A DNA stretch of 63,615 nt from Octopus bimaculoides (lineage: Eukaryota). The notes under the pieces are model-generated. The model worked only from the letters and a program-made list of their open reading frames with translations. It was not told where the DNA came from and did no database searches. The stretch spans positions 47,303,902 through 47,367,516 of the forward strand of contig NC_068992.1 in the NCBI RefSeq assembly GCF_001194135.2, in the 5' to 3' direction. The translations under genes were made by a program, and so were the position numbers. Below are positions 24,485-37,700 of this stretch, one piece after another (position 1 is the stretch's first letter; each line of letters starts with the position of its first letter).

Positions 24485-25849
24485 CTGTGTAAGTATGTAT
24501 CTTTATGGCATGGTTTGGAAAGCTTCTTAAGTGTTGGGACGAAATATTATTAGGTGCTACACACCCAGATTTTCGTTGATGAAGATGTTCAAAACCTATT
24601 CATTACCTGCCGCCAAATAAATTTAGTGGTTGCGCTTTCATCTCTTGCACTCCCTTTTTCGGGGCTACAATGAAGGCATATTTACCTTATAATATGTGCA
24701 CACTACTATAAATGCTAGACGGAAAGAGATTTTGACATGTTGTACTTGAATGCCTTATTTATAGTTGCTCGTCGTTCCATTAATACCGATGTTCACTAAT
24801 TACACCTGCAATTGGCTACTTATTAAAAACACGCGATTTATTAAATAGATTGGTTTATTTTTGGTGATATTCGGTACACTTAGTGTTCTTGTTACTCAAA
24901 TAGATGACATCTATCATCGCCGTCCAGCATTTCTTCCTGTTAATCAATGTATGACACAATGTAGCTTGTGGCCCTTTGTGTGTGGCAGCGTAAGATATCT
25001 GCAACAGTAAGTCAGAGCGTCGCAAACTTTTTACCCGCAAAACAAAGACCAGTGTGATGTATGCCTTAGTGTCGTGGTTTACTTGTGACCGACGTGTAGT
25101 GGTCTTACATGCTGCCCCATTACATTAAAGAGGTAATACATTCGCTTTCGTTTTTGTTATCAAAATGACATGCAAAATGGGGTGATGCTATTTGAGTAAA
25201 CAGGTCCGATATCAATGTTTTTGTTGAATATAATTGTTATTGTCCATATTGTCATTGTTGCTTATAGCTTATTGAGAGAAAGAAAGGGAAATGCCATGAT
25301 TTTTGTCGCATGTAATCAGAGATTAGTAAAAGATATAGAGTTTCCAGTAAGGGCTCACGCTTTATTCTCAGAGTGGAATCCCGATATCAACGATTGTAGC
25401 AGAGTAAAGGGAGCATTTGGTAATGTTAAACCGAGCGAAATATTAATTTCAGTTCGATCCCACAATTTCGTAGTGGTTTTATGGAAGATATTGGGACGAA
25501 ATGAAATAGTAACAAAGAAATGGTTTGAACCTAAAATGGAACAGTGTGAAACAAAATGCAAGAAAGCATTTATTTCCGCTTCCTGTAAATCACTTTTCTT
25601 GCTACTCTTCTCTTATGAATCCTAAACCGAAGATTATATTGAATTCCTGGAATCGACATAATAAATATTGCAATTATTTTATAGGTTCTTAGACCATTGT
25701 GACTTATTCAGAAATCTAAAAAGGAATCAATCAAATGCCTTTCATACTGAATCAGAATAGAAATGATTGCTTGGCTGCAGTGCTGACTCCAAGTATATGA
25801 CCGATGCTTATAAAGAGATACACATAGGAAAAATGCCGGTGTGAACCTT

Positions 25850-27260
25850 TAGAATAAATAATAAGCAATAACTATAGTGTTTATCAAGAGGCAGAGGCTA
25901 AATTACTGGAATATGAAGAAAAGATGTGGGAGATCATTCAACTTATCTCCATATTTCTTGCCTTTGAAACTGAACATAAAATGAAGCAAACGTTTACCTC
26001 GGAAAAATTTCATATCACATCATTATTTGGGACTGAAAAGTTATGCATGAATTTGCGATAAGAAAGCTCCATAAACTTTCCTTTTATAGTCGTAAATCTT
26101 AAATGAGGACAATGCCGGTGGAAAACTGATTATATTTCCTTGAAGGATATTTATTAGGAAAAGGTACTTTCAGCAACAATCGATAAAAATTGCATTTTCT
26201 AACATTTGACACAAAATCATTAGGACAATGTTTAATTAACATTTTACGACAGATACCCCGGTTTTCATTGGCAGGATGGAAAATGTTACATTGAGGTTTT
26301 GTATGACGAAAATAATATTACGAAAACTTGTGACAGTGAGAAGCAATCATATGTGGTAGCAATATATTGTATATAAGGCAAATACAGGAAACTTTTAGCG
26401 ATTAAGATATTATGGAAGATCCAACGTAAATGTGTGTAAAGGGCTTATACAGGGAACTATACCGAGTAATTTTAATAGATACCATTGTGTGGACAGTGGC
26501 CCTTATTAAACGATTTAATCAGCTACCATTATGTGGTAATCAGCCACCATTCAAGTCTTGGAGTCAATGAAATTGCTGGCGTTGCGATTAAATTAAAGTT
26601 CAATATTGTGCACCATTTTTTATTCATTCCTCAACAACTAAGAAAGAGGATTCAAAATATCAAAAGTGTTTACTCACTCGAGCTTTTCACATAATATGGA
26701 ATTAACCAAATTAAGTATTGTTTGTAATTACTGAACTTTAAAATAATTATATTGCTATTTAGGGTTAATTAAGTAAACTGTTTGTTAATTAGGTCTATTT
26801 CTGTGGTAAATTAGAACCTGCAGTTTTTTTTTAATTACTCTAACCAGATTTGAATACGCTATTCATATTCTCTCTATGTTGATATCACTATTTTTATTAA
26901 GACGATTTATCAATCATTTAGTTGCTAAAGAACAAGGAGATACACTGTCGTAACACTCCTTCTCTATTCAAGTTTATAAACAGCAGGTATGAAGTGAACT
27001 TGTTTGAAGTCAAAATCAGAATTTTACAAGGCAAAAATGTGTAACGTCATCTTTAAATGTTAAATAGGTGAAAAAAAGACCTTCGACATTTATCAGGCGC
27101 TCCCAGGGAAGAGACTCAAGAAGTTTATAATGGAAGGCATGTGTATCTCTGTGAAAAACATTTAGGCAGAAACCGAGAAGAGGATTTTATTCAAATAACT
27201 TTAGAAGAGTGGAACTACTGTTGATAAAACGAATTTTGAAATGATATATAAAAGACAAAG
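25850..27260 (+). mobile_element. Possible highly decayed pogo/Tigger-like DNA transposon
   Basis: Stop-interrupted frames give YQEAEAKLLEY (CENP-B HTH-like) and ITKTCDSEKQSYVVAIYCI*GK (cf. pogo TTGxEKxxxTVVLAC). Weak, by-eye similarity only. Confidence 0.3.
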
Positions 27261-27706
27261 ACTCGAGAAACACGAAACAATCGCATCTTCCTTTGGATCG
27301 GATCAAAAGCTAATGTGTTTTTAAATCCCGTAATTAGAGCGATGCTACGAAGACAATGCAGCAAAACCAGTGACATCCTTGCACAGAGACTTGCTTCAAG
27401 GACAACAGTATCGTTGTTCTTGATTAGGTTGTGGTTTAGCAACTAGATGGCACTCATCTAGCAATTTTAGGATTAAAGACACGACTGACAGGGTGGTAAT
27501 GGAATTTTTCTGCCATTGTGCGCTTTCAAATACATTGTCCCAAAGTGGCAATATATTACAGCGTTATTACTCATTTTGAGGGAGGTTTGGCCGATATAAT
27601 ATACAGCCCAAGGAAATCCTAGTAACTCATCGGAATACACGAGTCTATACACAAGCGCAAAGGTGCACACGCTCATAAATATATGTAGGTATGCATACAT
27701 ATATAC

Positions 27707-27742
<36 letters not shown>

Positions 27743-27784
27743 GCGCACACACATATATACATATACACACACAAACACACACAA

Positions 27785-27816
<32 letters not shown>

Positions 27817-27962
27817 GCATATGCATATGTATGTATTTATGCATATACTTATACACACAAGTATAAGCACAAATAATACGTATGTACATACATGTATGTG
27901 AGTGTGTGTGTGTGTATAAAACAAAACTCAAACAACAAAAGTACAAGAGACGCGTACAGTTG

Positions 27963-27993
27963 ATAACGTTTCGGACAATATCATTCTTCAGAT
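27963..27993 (-). ncRNA. Minimal type I hammerhead-like motif (Penelope-type), partly decayed
   Basis: Minus strand AU-CUGAAGA-A-UGAUAUUGUCC-GAAA-C-GUU-AU with palindromic ACGU helix III; helix I only 2 bp. Confidence 0.45.
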
Positions 27994-28435
27994 TCTTGCG
28001 CGAAGTCCAAGAGAAATTGGGAAGAGAAGGAAAATAAAAATATACGAAAGATACTCGAGGATATAAAATATCATAAAAGGATGCCACGCAACTGTATTTC
28101 TTAATATATTTCATGTATTTTGCCATTATGTTTCAATTGGTGAACAGACACGATGCAGAAAGAAACCACGGCAAGAACATAGGTGACATTTTATAGTTAA
28201 ATAATATACCAGTGGAAATTGAACGATAAACCACACATAATTTCAGGCATAATATTTTCGAGAGCTAATGGAACCAATCGAATCCAATTGATTCTCACAA
28301 CACACCTACAGCAACACACATAAACACACACACACACACGCAATACACACTCAGGCACACACAAAAATACACGCACCACTCACACGCACACTTATACATA
28401 CATGCTAGTGTGCGTGTGTGCGTGTGTTTGCGCGC

Positions 28436-28467
<32 letters not shown>

Positions 28468-29481
28468 ATGTGTGTGTGTGTTTGTGCACATATATAAAGC
28501 ACATACCAAAACATGCTCATCAAGAACCAAAGATCGATTCGATAGCCAAATTACTAAACCTAACTGAAAATATAAAAAAAAAGGAATGTTAACCGATTTT
28601 CCTTGGCGAGGGAAGTGCATTATTGTATTATTAGGCTTTTGAAGCAGAATAAATAGGCTGCACTTTACATGCGGGATTATACAGAAANNNNNNNNNNNNN
28701 NNNNNNNNNNNNNNNNNNNNNNNNNNNNNNNNNNNNNNNNNNNNNNNNNNNNNNNNNNNNNNNNNNNNNNNNNNNNNNNNNNNNNNNNNNNNNNNNNNNN
28801 NNNNNNNNNNNNNNNNNNNNNNNNNNNNNNNNNNNNNNNNNNNNNNNNNNNNNNNNNNNNNNNNNNNNNNNNNNNNNNNNNNNNNNNNNNNNNNNNNNNN
28901 NNNNNNNNNNNNNNNNNNNNNNNNNNNNNNNNNNNNNNNNNNNNNNNNNNNNNNNNNNNNNNNNNNNNNNNNNNNNNNNNNNNNNNNNNNNNNNNNNNNN
29001 NNNNNNNNNNNNNNNNNNNNNNNNNNNNNNNNNNNNNNNNNNNNNNNNNNNNNNNNNNNNNNNNNNNNNNNNNNNNNNNNNNNNNNNNNNNNNNNNNNNN
29101 NNNNNNNNNNNNNNNNNNNNNNNNNNNNNNNNNNNNNNNNNNNNNNNNNNNNNNNNTATATATATATATATATATATATATATGCATTCATACATACGTA
29201 CGTACAGGCATATATATATATACATAAAAAGGTACACACTTATAGACTTACAAACTACTTACATCTATACAGATATACATGCATACACACATACATATAC
29301 ATACACACACATATGTATGCATTCATACATATGTACGTACCAGCATATATATATGTGCGTGTGTGTGTATGTGTGTGTGTGTATGTATATATATATATAT
29401 ATATTTATATATCAACAAGAAGGAAAGTACATACTTACAGGCCTACAAGCAATTAAATCTATACAGATATACATGTACACT

Positions 29482-29528
<47 letters not shown>

Positions 29529-29983
29529 ATATATATGCATAAACGCGCTTATATAGCGATGCCCATGTGCGTATTGAAGTCCTGTACTCATATTCCAATA
29601 GTGCTCTACCAGGTATTCACTGAAGTAGAATTAGTCGATCATAATGCATCAATAGTTGAGCTTCAATTTATATATTAACTTAGCTTACACAAAACCAAAT
29701 ACTGGTACAAGAGCCAGCGAGCCAGATCTATATAACAGCCAACACTTGGCTACAGATTTAACATAACGCGAGTGATCATTTCATATCTGAATCCATGGGC
29801 ATCTCTGTTTAGACGTTCGTGAGTGAGTGTTATATATATANNNNNNNNNNNNNNNNNNNNNNNNNNNNNNNNNNNNNNNNNNNNNNNNNNNNNNNNNNNN
29901 NNNNNNNNNNNNNNNNNNNNNNNNNNNNNNNNNNNNNNNNTTTTTTTCAACGAAGGAAGCCTGTATTTTTCGTTCTACTTCAG

Positions 29984-30562
29984 AAATGGAATTTGGCAGA
30001 TGATAACTGTTGGGGCACCGTAGGATGTTTTTTGCATTTTTTTGTGAGAGGCAGGAATAATACGTTTAACACCCACTATGATTAGTTCCTGCATAGGATG
30101 TTCTTGAGAATATATTTCCACAATATTAAATTCTTGCAGAAGCTATGTATGAAAATGCAAAAATGTGGCCTGTATTTTTTTATACCTAGAATATCTATGT
30201 AATATAAGAGTGTTGGTTTTGTTCTTAGAACATTTTGTTTTATGGGATTTTTTTAGTGTAGTTTTTTTTTTTCTGAGGTGTCATGACAGCCTACATGACA
30301 GTTTTGCCTGACGTCAAAGTTTCTTTTTAGTGTAAAGGTAGAAGTAATCACAAAACATACGTTACTGTAAGAAGAAATATTGCACATATATTTAGACGTA
30401 TCGAAAATCTAGGAGATTTTGGACATCAAATTGACAGCGATAAAGACTCTTATGGAGGAACTGATGGTAGTGGGTGTTAAACGTATTAATCCTGCCTCTC
30501 AGAAAAAGATGCAGAAAACAGCCTACGATGCCCGTACAGTTATCATCTGCCAAATTCCATTT
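29984..30562. mobile_element. MITE/foldback element with ~112-bp imperfect terminal inverted repeats
   Basis: 29984-30095 matches the reverse complement of 30451-30562 (aaatggaatttggcagatgataactgt...gagaggcagga.taatacgtttaacacccacta). Non-coding interior; no TSD found. Confidence 0.8.
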
Positions 30563-31161
30563 ACAAGACTTAGGTCGACCTGATTAACTACTAGAAGTGC
30601 TGTGTTGTGGGACTGAACATTCAAAGACGAGCACACAAAACGAAGTTTCTTAACCATATGGCTATGCTAGAAATAGAAAAGGAAGAGTTGTAGGTTTATA
30701 TGATATTATGAGAAGAAACGTGCGGCTATATCTTTATCGTTTGTATATAGGTACAAGGCGCCATCGGTTTTGCAGGGATGGGTGTTAACCGACGTCTTCG
30801 AAGTAACTACTTTACTAGTATCTAATGTTTTTTAACTCCCGATCAATAGAAAACAGATGTGACCTAAGCAGTATTTGCACTTAGAATGTAAAGTGCAGGA
30901 ATAATCGCAGCATTGAATACTTACCGGTGTTTTCACCATTTTTCCAATCCACTACCATCGCCATTAATATTATTGATATAACTGCAGCTGGTTCACAGTA
31001 CCAAGCTCTAAATTAGATTCCATTTAATAGATAATTAACTGCTCATCAGCCTAATTAGCAATATATTCCCTATGTGATTTGCCTAACTTCTATAAATAGC
31101 CCTCAAGTCTCACCCAACGCAGACCTTACATTCTTAAATGACAGCAGTGCACGTGCTTTAG

Positions 31162-31200
<39 letters not shown>

Positions 31201-32244
31201 GTTTCCATGTTTCCACCACAGATGACATACTACAAACATCTGAATATAATACCCACGCAAATATTTAAAACGATATATATAGTAAGAGCAGCCACTCCCC
31301 ATGAATTCATTTAGACACTATAGACACTGTTTTCGACACAGCGTCACTTCCGGTCCATTAATGCTTGCTTCAATTAACCAACACAGATATATATTTGTGA
31401 CATTTAAATTATCAAGTTAAGGATGCATTGCTAAGACGAGTAACATTCAACTGTTTGAAAACTGAACGCTTACTCCTGAAATTAACTTGAATGGGGCTAA
31501 GTATTCCAACAAAATGGTGCAATGTTTAAGGGAATTATCATCTTGTATCAACATGATCCAATCTGGTATAGATGGATGTTTAAGTTATAGATACAAATCG
31601 GAAAGAGAGAGGTACAGAAATAAAAGGAAGACAAAGAAAGAATGCGCTTTGTGGGAGATGGGTTATAAATTAATTTGTAACAACAGATGATTAATTTATG
31701 AACAAACTACCCAGTTTTGCTAAATGTATGTGTATATATGTGTATGTTTAAGTGTGTCTGTAAGTGTTCTTGTGAGTGTTTGTGTGTATATTGTGAGTCT
31801 TGTTTAATTAGGTTTTTATATTTTAATGTATTAAATATAAAATATACTAGACAAAATTGTGAAGAACTAATTTTTCTTTTCATTTTCTCTCCCTTGAATT
31901 TCCTTTCTCCAAGCTAACCCTTTATAGGGTAACTGAGGTCTGCTTTACGACGTAAGTGCGTAAACTATTCAAATGAAATCTATGTGTGTATCTGTATTGT
32001 CTTCGTTGTTTTCATCTCAATGAAGTTTCAAGTGAATTACATGAAACCTATGTTCTGAAGCATCTCGACTGTTTACAATATCGAACACACATACTCTATG
32101 TGTGTGCTTTGCTAGTTCGCCGATCGGCCGCGATTCGACACATTGCAGACGACTCTTTCAAAGCGCCATGTGTTAAAACACCTGAAGATCAGTCAAAATA
32201 ACGAGACATTGATGTCCGTCGTTGCTGAAAGGTACGTAAGGTGA

Positions 32245-32410
32245 GTTGTCTCGCCTGTCCATGAGTGGTTGCTTGCAATACTAGAAATACCTGTCTAATC
32301 GCGCATTCATTACATCCTGTCTTCTTAAGTGAAGACGTGATGGTCAAATGTGACATGTTTGATAATAGATCTATTGATTCCGGGCTGATCAAGGGCTGAA
32401 CAACAAGAAG
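32245..32410 (+). mobile_element. Short interspersed repeat family D with (AAC)n-like tail
   Basis: ctagaaata...gggctgatcaagggctgaacaacaag; reverse-complement matches at 55655-55800 and 57361-57850. Confidence 0.5.
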
Positions 32411-33399
32411 AATAACTTATAGCTTGATAGACTTGGTGAAAATACAAGGGAAAGCTATTCATAAAACATTGATTTTGGTTAGCTGTATTTTTGCTCCATC
32501 CTCAAAGCATAATCGATGTTCCTTTCTTTTTCGGTAAAAAGGTAAATGTGATGTTATGATATTTCCATGTGTGAGATACTACTATCATTCATACAAGAGA
32601 AGTGAGGTAACTGATACTAAATTAACTTTTTTTTATTATGAATTTGTTATTTGTTGGGTTGTTTTTTTGCGTTAGAGCCCATTTGTGCTCTTATTGTAAG
32701 AATCAATACCGAGTTAAATTAGTTGATTAATGATTTTGTAAATCATTCATATCCCTTTCCTCATAAATCATTTGATAAAACGCTGCAAATTTGCAGGTGA
32801 GTAATATAAACAGTGTGTTAAATTATATTTTCACTAGGAAGATTCGAACCTGCATAGCAGAGAGTATATAAATTAAATACGCGTCAAGTTACTTGGTAGC
32901 TTACCACCTTTGTTTTAGTACGTCTAGATATCAAAGAGTGAAAACCATTTTTATATGAAGTCTGATTTGCTTATAAACAAACAACATAAAAAATCATTTT
33001 TTAAAGTGTTTCTCACAGCAATCTTATTATTTTTATTCCTATATTAATATTTAAAACACTTATATGGCGTCTTGTTCCAAATTTACTTCGAAAAATATTG
33101 AAAAAATCATAAACTCTTTTTTTTCTTCGTTTACTATTTTCATTCTCTTAGTTCTTGATTTTTAATACATCTCTGTTATTCTTTCATTTTTTTTTCTCAT
33201 TTTTTTTTTTGCATTTTGGCATATGCAAGAATGTGTTTGTGTGTGTATATGTGTGTAGATGTAATTATCAGTTAAATTTTCGAAAAGCAAAGAGTTCTTT
33301 ACTCCTATTATCTCATAATTCTCTTTTCTGTTTTTCGTCTATTTTTTTTTCCCTTTAGAAACTCTCAGGTGATAGCATGAAATATTCTTTACCACCTTC

Positions 33400-33709
33400 A
33401 CCTTTATTATCATCATTGCCATTTCCATCAACACCACCACCACCACTATCATCATCATCAACACCATCATCACCATCACCATCATCATCGTCTTCATCAG
33501 TAGCAGCAGCACTAGTAGTAGCATCCATCAGCTTCGACTTCACCTTCATTATCCTCTTCTTCATCATCATCTTCATCGTCGTCGTAATCATCATCACCAT
33601 TGCCATCATCACCATTGCCATCATCATCATTGTCATCATCGTCACAGCATATGGTCGACGTCATCCTCATCAGCAACGTCGTCATCACCGTCAGCATACT
33701 CACTATAAT
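33400..33709. repeat. Compound (CAT)n/(CAC)n/(CAG)n trinucleotide repeat
   Basis: Direct reading; explains the poly-D/M/I/S ORFs in the track. Confidence 0.95.
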
Positions 33710-35193
33710 NNNNNNNNNNNNNNNNNNNNNNNNNNNNNNNNNNNNNNNNNNNNNNNNNNNNNNNNNNNNNNNNNNNNNNNNNNNNNNNNNNNNNNNNNNN
33801 NNNNNNNNNNNNNNNNNNNNNNNNNNNNNNNNNNNNNNNNNNNNNNNNNNNNNNNNNNNNNNNNNNNNNNNNNNNNNNNNNNNNNNNNNNNNNNNNNNNN
33901 NNNNNNNNNNNNNNNNNNNNNNNNNNNNNNNNNNNNNNNNNNNNNNNNNNNNNNNNNNNNNNNNNNNNNNNNNNNNNNNNNNNNNNNNNNNNNNNNNNNN
34001 NNNNNNNNNNNNNNNNNNNNNNNNNNNNNNNNNNNNNNNNNNNNNNNNNNNNNNNNNNNNNNNNNNNNNNNNNNNNNNNNNNNNNNNNNNNNNNNNNNNN
34101 NNNNNNNNNNNNNNNNNNNNNNNNNNNNNNNNNNNNNNNNNNNNNNNNNNNNNNNNNNNNNNNNNNNNNNNNNNNNNNNNNNNNNNNNNNNNNNNNNNNN
34201 NNNNNNNNNNNNNNNNNNNNNNNNNNNNNNNNNNNNNNNNNNNNNNNNNNNNNNNNNNNNNNNNNNNNNNNNNNNNNNNNNNNNNNNNNNNNNNNNNNNN
34301 NNNNNNNNNNNNNNNNNNNNNNNNNNNNNNNNNNNNNNNNNNNNNNNNNNNNNNNNNNNNNNNNNNNNNNNNNNNNNNNNNNNNNNNNNNTATTATTAAA
34401 ATAATCAAATTAATGTTTTCATTGTTGCTGTTCTTTTCCTTCTTGTCGAAGTTATTCATGTGCTTTTGTTGTTGTTGCTGTTGGTGGTGGTGGTGGGTTT
34501 CTGATTCTCCTGTTGCCGTTGATGCTACTGTCGTTATAATGATGTGCCGTTAATGTAAAAAATATTTATGAAAATATATTTCTAACCAAAAGAATACACG
34601 GTTATTTTATTTTTTTTATGAATTTTAAAAAGAGTGAATGTGCATGTAAGTGTGATAGAGATTGCGAAAAGAACAAAATATTTTAAAAGCGTGTGAGCGA
34701 GAGAGAGAGAGAGGAGAGGAGAGTGAACTAGAAAAATACCCCATATCCGGGAATGATGTGTAGTTTGAATGAAAAGATACACCGGATAAAACCGGATCTT
34801 ATCCTATCAATATAACAACAGGGATTGATATGAAATGCTGGCTGTTTTTCAGGGAAACAATTGTAATCTAATATAACGCATTATTTTTAACAATTATTTT
34901 AGAGAGAGACGGAAGTGCAGTAAAAAGAACGGCCTTCGTTATGAAGGGGGAGTGTTTGGGTGACATTTACTACTTTTTTGTTTTCGTAAAATCTTATCGT
35001 GAATAACAACATTTTATCAATTCACATTCAATGTTTTCCTTTAGATTTGCAATGTTCACCATGAAGTTCGATCAAATTTGAGATAGATTTTTCTTCATAC
35101 GTCAACCACGCTTATTATTATTAATGATAATATTATTATTTTCATTTTCATAATTATTATTGCTACTGCTATCAAAGTATTATATTGATTAAA

Positions 35194-35196
<3 letters not shown>

Positions 35197-35254
<58 letters not shown>
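35197..35254. repeat. (TAT)n microsatellite
   Basis: Direct reading. Confidence 0.95.
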
Positions 35255-35711
35255 GCGAGGTCGCAAAATATTTCATCTCACGTTGCTCTACGATTACTAT
35301 GACATCTGATGCCTGAATCAGTGTGCACCTGTTCAGGCAACGTTGATCTGATGAAGGGAGTGAACTAACGTGCAGTACACACATTTCCTTATTGTAAGCA
35401 AATCATTTGTGCAGGTCGTTCGGCAAAAAGCTGAACACTCATACGCTGTCTTCTTCGATAGATGAGTCTGTTATTAGTATTATTATTATTATTATTATCA
35501 TTGAGTGAGAGAACAGTGCATGCCATCAAAGTCACACTGGCGTGCAAATATATGAAACCCACTATACCCATCCTGACTACCCGTCTCATAAGGGTACATC
35601 GGGCACATGCATCACAACCATATGTGCGCGACATGGTGATCTCATGTCAAGATACTATTATTATGGCACCGTAGTAAAATATACGAAGTCCAGTATACAC
35701 ATCATGACGAC

Positions 35712-35980
35712 CCGCGATTTCAAAGCCGCGAAATATTTTGGCACAAAATAAATTTAAATGTTGAAGTGAATCTAACGGTTTTTGTATCTGTTTTTAAATG
35801 GCTTATAAACACCTTCCACGCGACAATTGTTTTTGTTTCACTACACGATCTTAGATCAAATCACTTGCTATACAAGTACATCTCCGTAATATATTAAATA
35901 AATTTCTCGTAATTGTTTCTGTTCGTTGTAATTGTTTCTGTTCGTTGTAATTGTTTCTGTTCGTAATTGTTTCTGTTCGT
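35712..35980 (+). repeat. Dispersed repeat (second copy inverted at ~58989-59205) ending in a 4-fold tandem GTAATTGTTTCTGTTC(GTT)
   Basis: gaagtgaatctaacggtttttgt...aaatggcttataaacaccttccacgc...caagtacatctccgtaatatattaaataaatttctcgtaattgtttctgttcgttgta is the reverse complement of the 59-kb sequence. Tandem units start at 35909, 35928, 35947, 35963. Confidence 0.9.
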
Positions 35981-36263
35981 CTTCCTTCATTTGTTTTACG
36001 AATATGGGATAAATTAAACTCTTATTTTACTTCTTTGTTCTTTAGTATCGAGTGTACTACGTGTAGCCGATTCTTTTTTTTCTTTCTTTTTACCTGACTG
36101 ATACTGGTCTGTAAATTTATAGATTATCTAGATCGAAATCAGAGACATATAAGAGCGCACATGCACATGCGCATAAGCACGAAAGCACACGTGCAGGCAC
36201 ACGAACTTATTGTCTTTTTTAACAAGGAAAAGGTTGATAGTTACTTAGTTTTGGCTCAGCTAC

Positions 36264-36297
36264 CTGATGACGTGTGGTGAACTGAAACTTCGAAGTT
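36264..36297 (+). ncRNA. Degenerate type I hammerhead-like motif with palindromic helix III
   Basis: CUGAUGA-13 nt-GAAA followed by the perfect palindrome AACTTCGAAGTT (36286-36297) ending in GUU; helix I partner absent. Confidence 0.4.
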
Positions 36298-36376
36298 ACA
36301 TTATATATATGTGTGTGTGAGAGTGAATGTCTGCGTGAGCGTGTGATAACGTGCGTATGAGCGTGTGTGTACGTAC

Positions 36377-36421
<45 letters not shown>

Positions 36422-36422
36422 G

Positions 36423-36454
<32 letters not shown>

Positions 36455-36487
36455 ATGTATATATGCATGTATATATATATGTATTTA

Positions 36488-36526
<39 letters not shown>

Positions 36527-37544
36527 CCTTCACTGTATAAACGGAATTTGAGCGTATATAAGTTTGTTGGTATGAACGTGTAACAAAATCTGCTCTAAAC
36601 CAACGTATTAATTGTTGCTAGACTTGCATCATTATACTGTCTGCATATATACCTGCCGTGCTATAGCTAGCTGCCATTGCGTGTACTGACACCTAGTAAA
36701 TGCTTCTTATATTTCCATTTTCAATAGAAGGAACGATTCCATTGTATGTGATATCTGCTACAAGAACTACTGACACCTGCTAATTAACTCTTCTACTCTA
36801 TTCACAAACTTCAATAGAACTGTCATATTTCTAAACTACCAGACGGGTACTGAAGCTGCTATCAACCTTCACAATGAAACTTCTTCTAATGGAATCAGTG
36901 GCATTCATGCTTTTGCATCAATACACTTGTTCTCATACATCTATCGAAATACACTATATTTGTTTCAAATTATTTTGAAAATACGAAGAGTTTATTAAAA
37001 TAGCTTTTAAGCTGAGTTTCGAATATAAATGGAAGGATTTAATCTACGTCTCAGTATAACAGTGAATTAGTGTCAGAGAACTTGGGGTTATCTCCGGCAG
37101 GATAATATCAAAGTGACTATCATAGGAAATGCTTTCTTGAATGAAGTTACGTTTCTTTGTTATGATATTTCTGTTCACTGAGTGTCTGATTTTGCAGTTA
37201 TCCTTCCAGTAGGAATAAAAGAACGGATAGTTAAGAATATGGGTTGATGCATTATCTTCTATCTTCAAAATATGTATGGTCTTTGGTTGTAGGTAAAACA
37301 ATATTTCACCTTATTAACAATGTATATCGGATGTCACAATCGATAGAAAACCAGAGAAAATTACTCTCAATATCCATTTACCAATCATTTTCTTTGGTGA
37401 GGAAGTCAGATCAAAGTTTCTTCGATATTACATTGTTGAGTAAGTGTACTAGGTCCTATCATTTAGGTCCTGTGTCTTTATAACTGTCGATGTTAAAGGC
37501 TTTTGGGACAATAAGGAGTATCGACGTGGCAGATCCGACCGACC

Positions 37545-37700
37545 GCTAGGCGTCATTCACTCGCTCTACTAGAAATAGAAACGAAATCCCTCTCAAATCA
37601 CTACTGTCTTGACCACTACTGTCTTGAAAGTATAAGAGGAAGACTATAGTTTATGTAGTCTTAAATGTACTCTGGCAGAAAAATAAGCAGCACTGACAAA
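37545..37700 (+). mobile_element. Family D repeat fragment
   Basis: ctactagaaatagaaacgaaatccctctcaaatcac matches the reverse complement of gtgagatttgagg...tttctaagc at 57761-57810. Confidence 0.5.

Noticed and set aside
25215-25625. 136-aa + ORF
   Set aside because: No domain or splice support; adjacent to stop-riddled transposon-like sequence.
33339-34553. Poly-Asp/Met/Ile/Ser ORFs resembling acidic or membrane proteins
   Set aside because: Produced by the (CAT)n/(CAC)n repeat and a 681-nt gap; open on both strands; no splice structure.
2252-35980. Short tandem arrays (2252-2291, 35909-35980) as possible CRISPR-like repeats
   Set aside because: No unique spacers and a eukaryotic context; simple tandem duplications.
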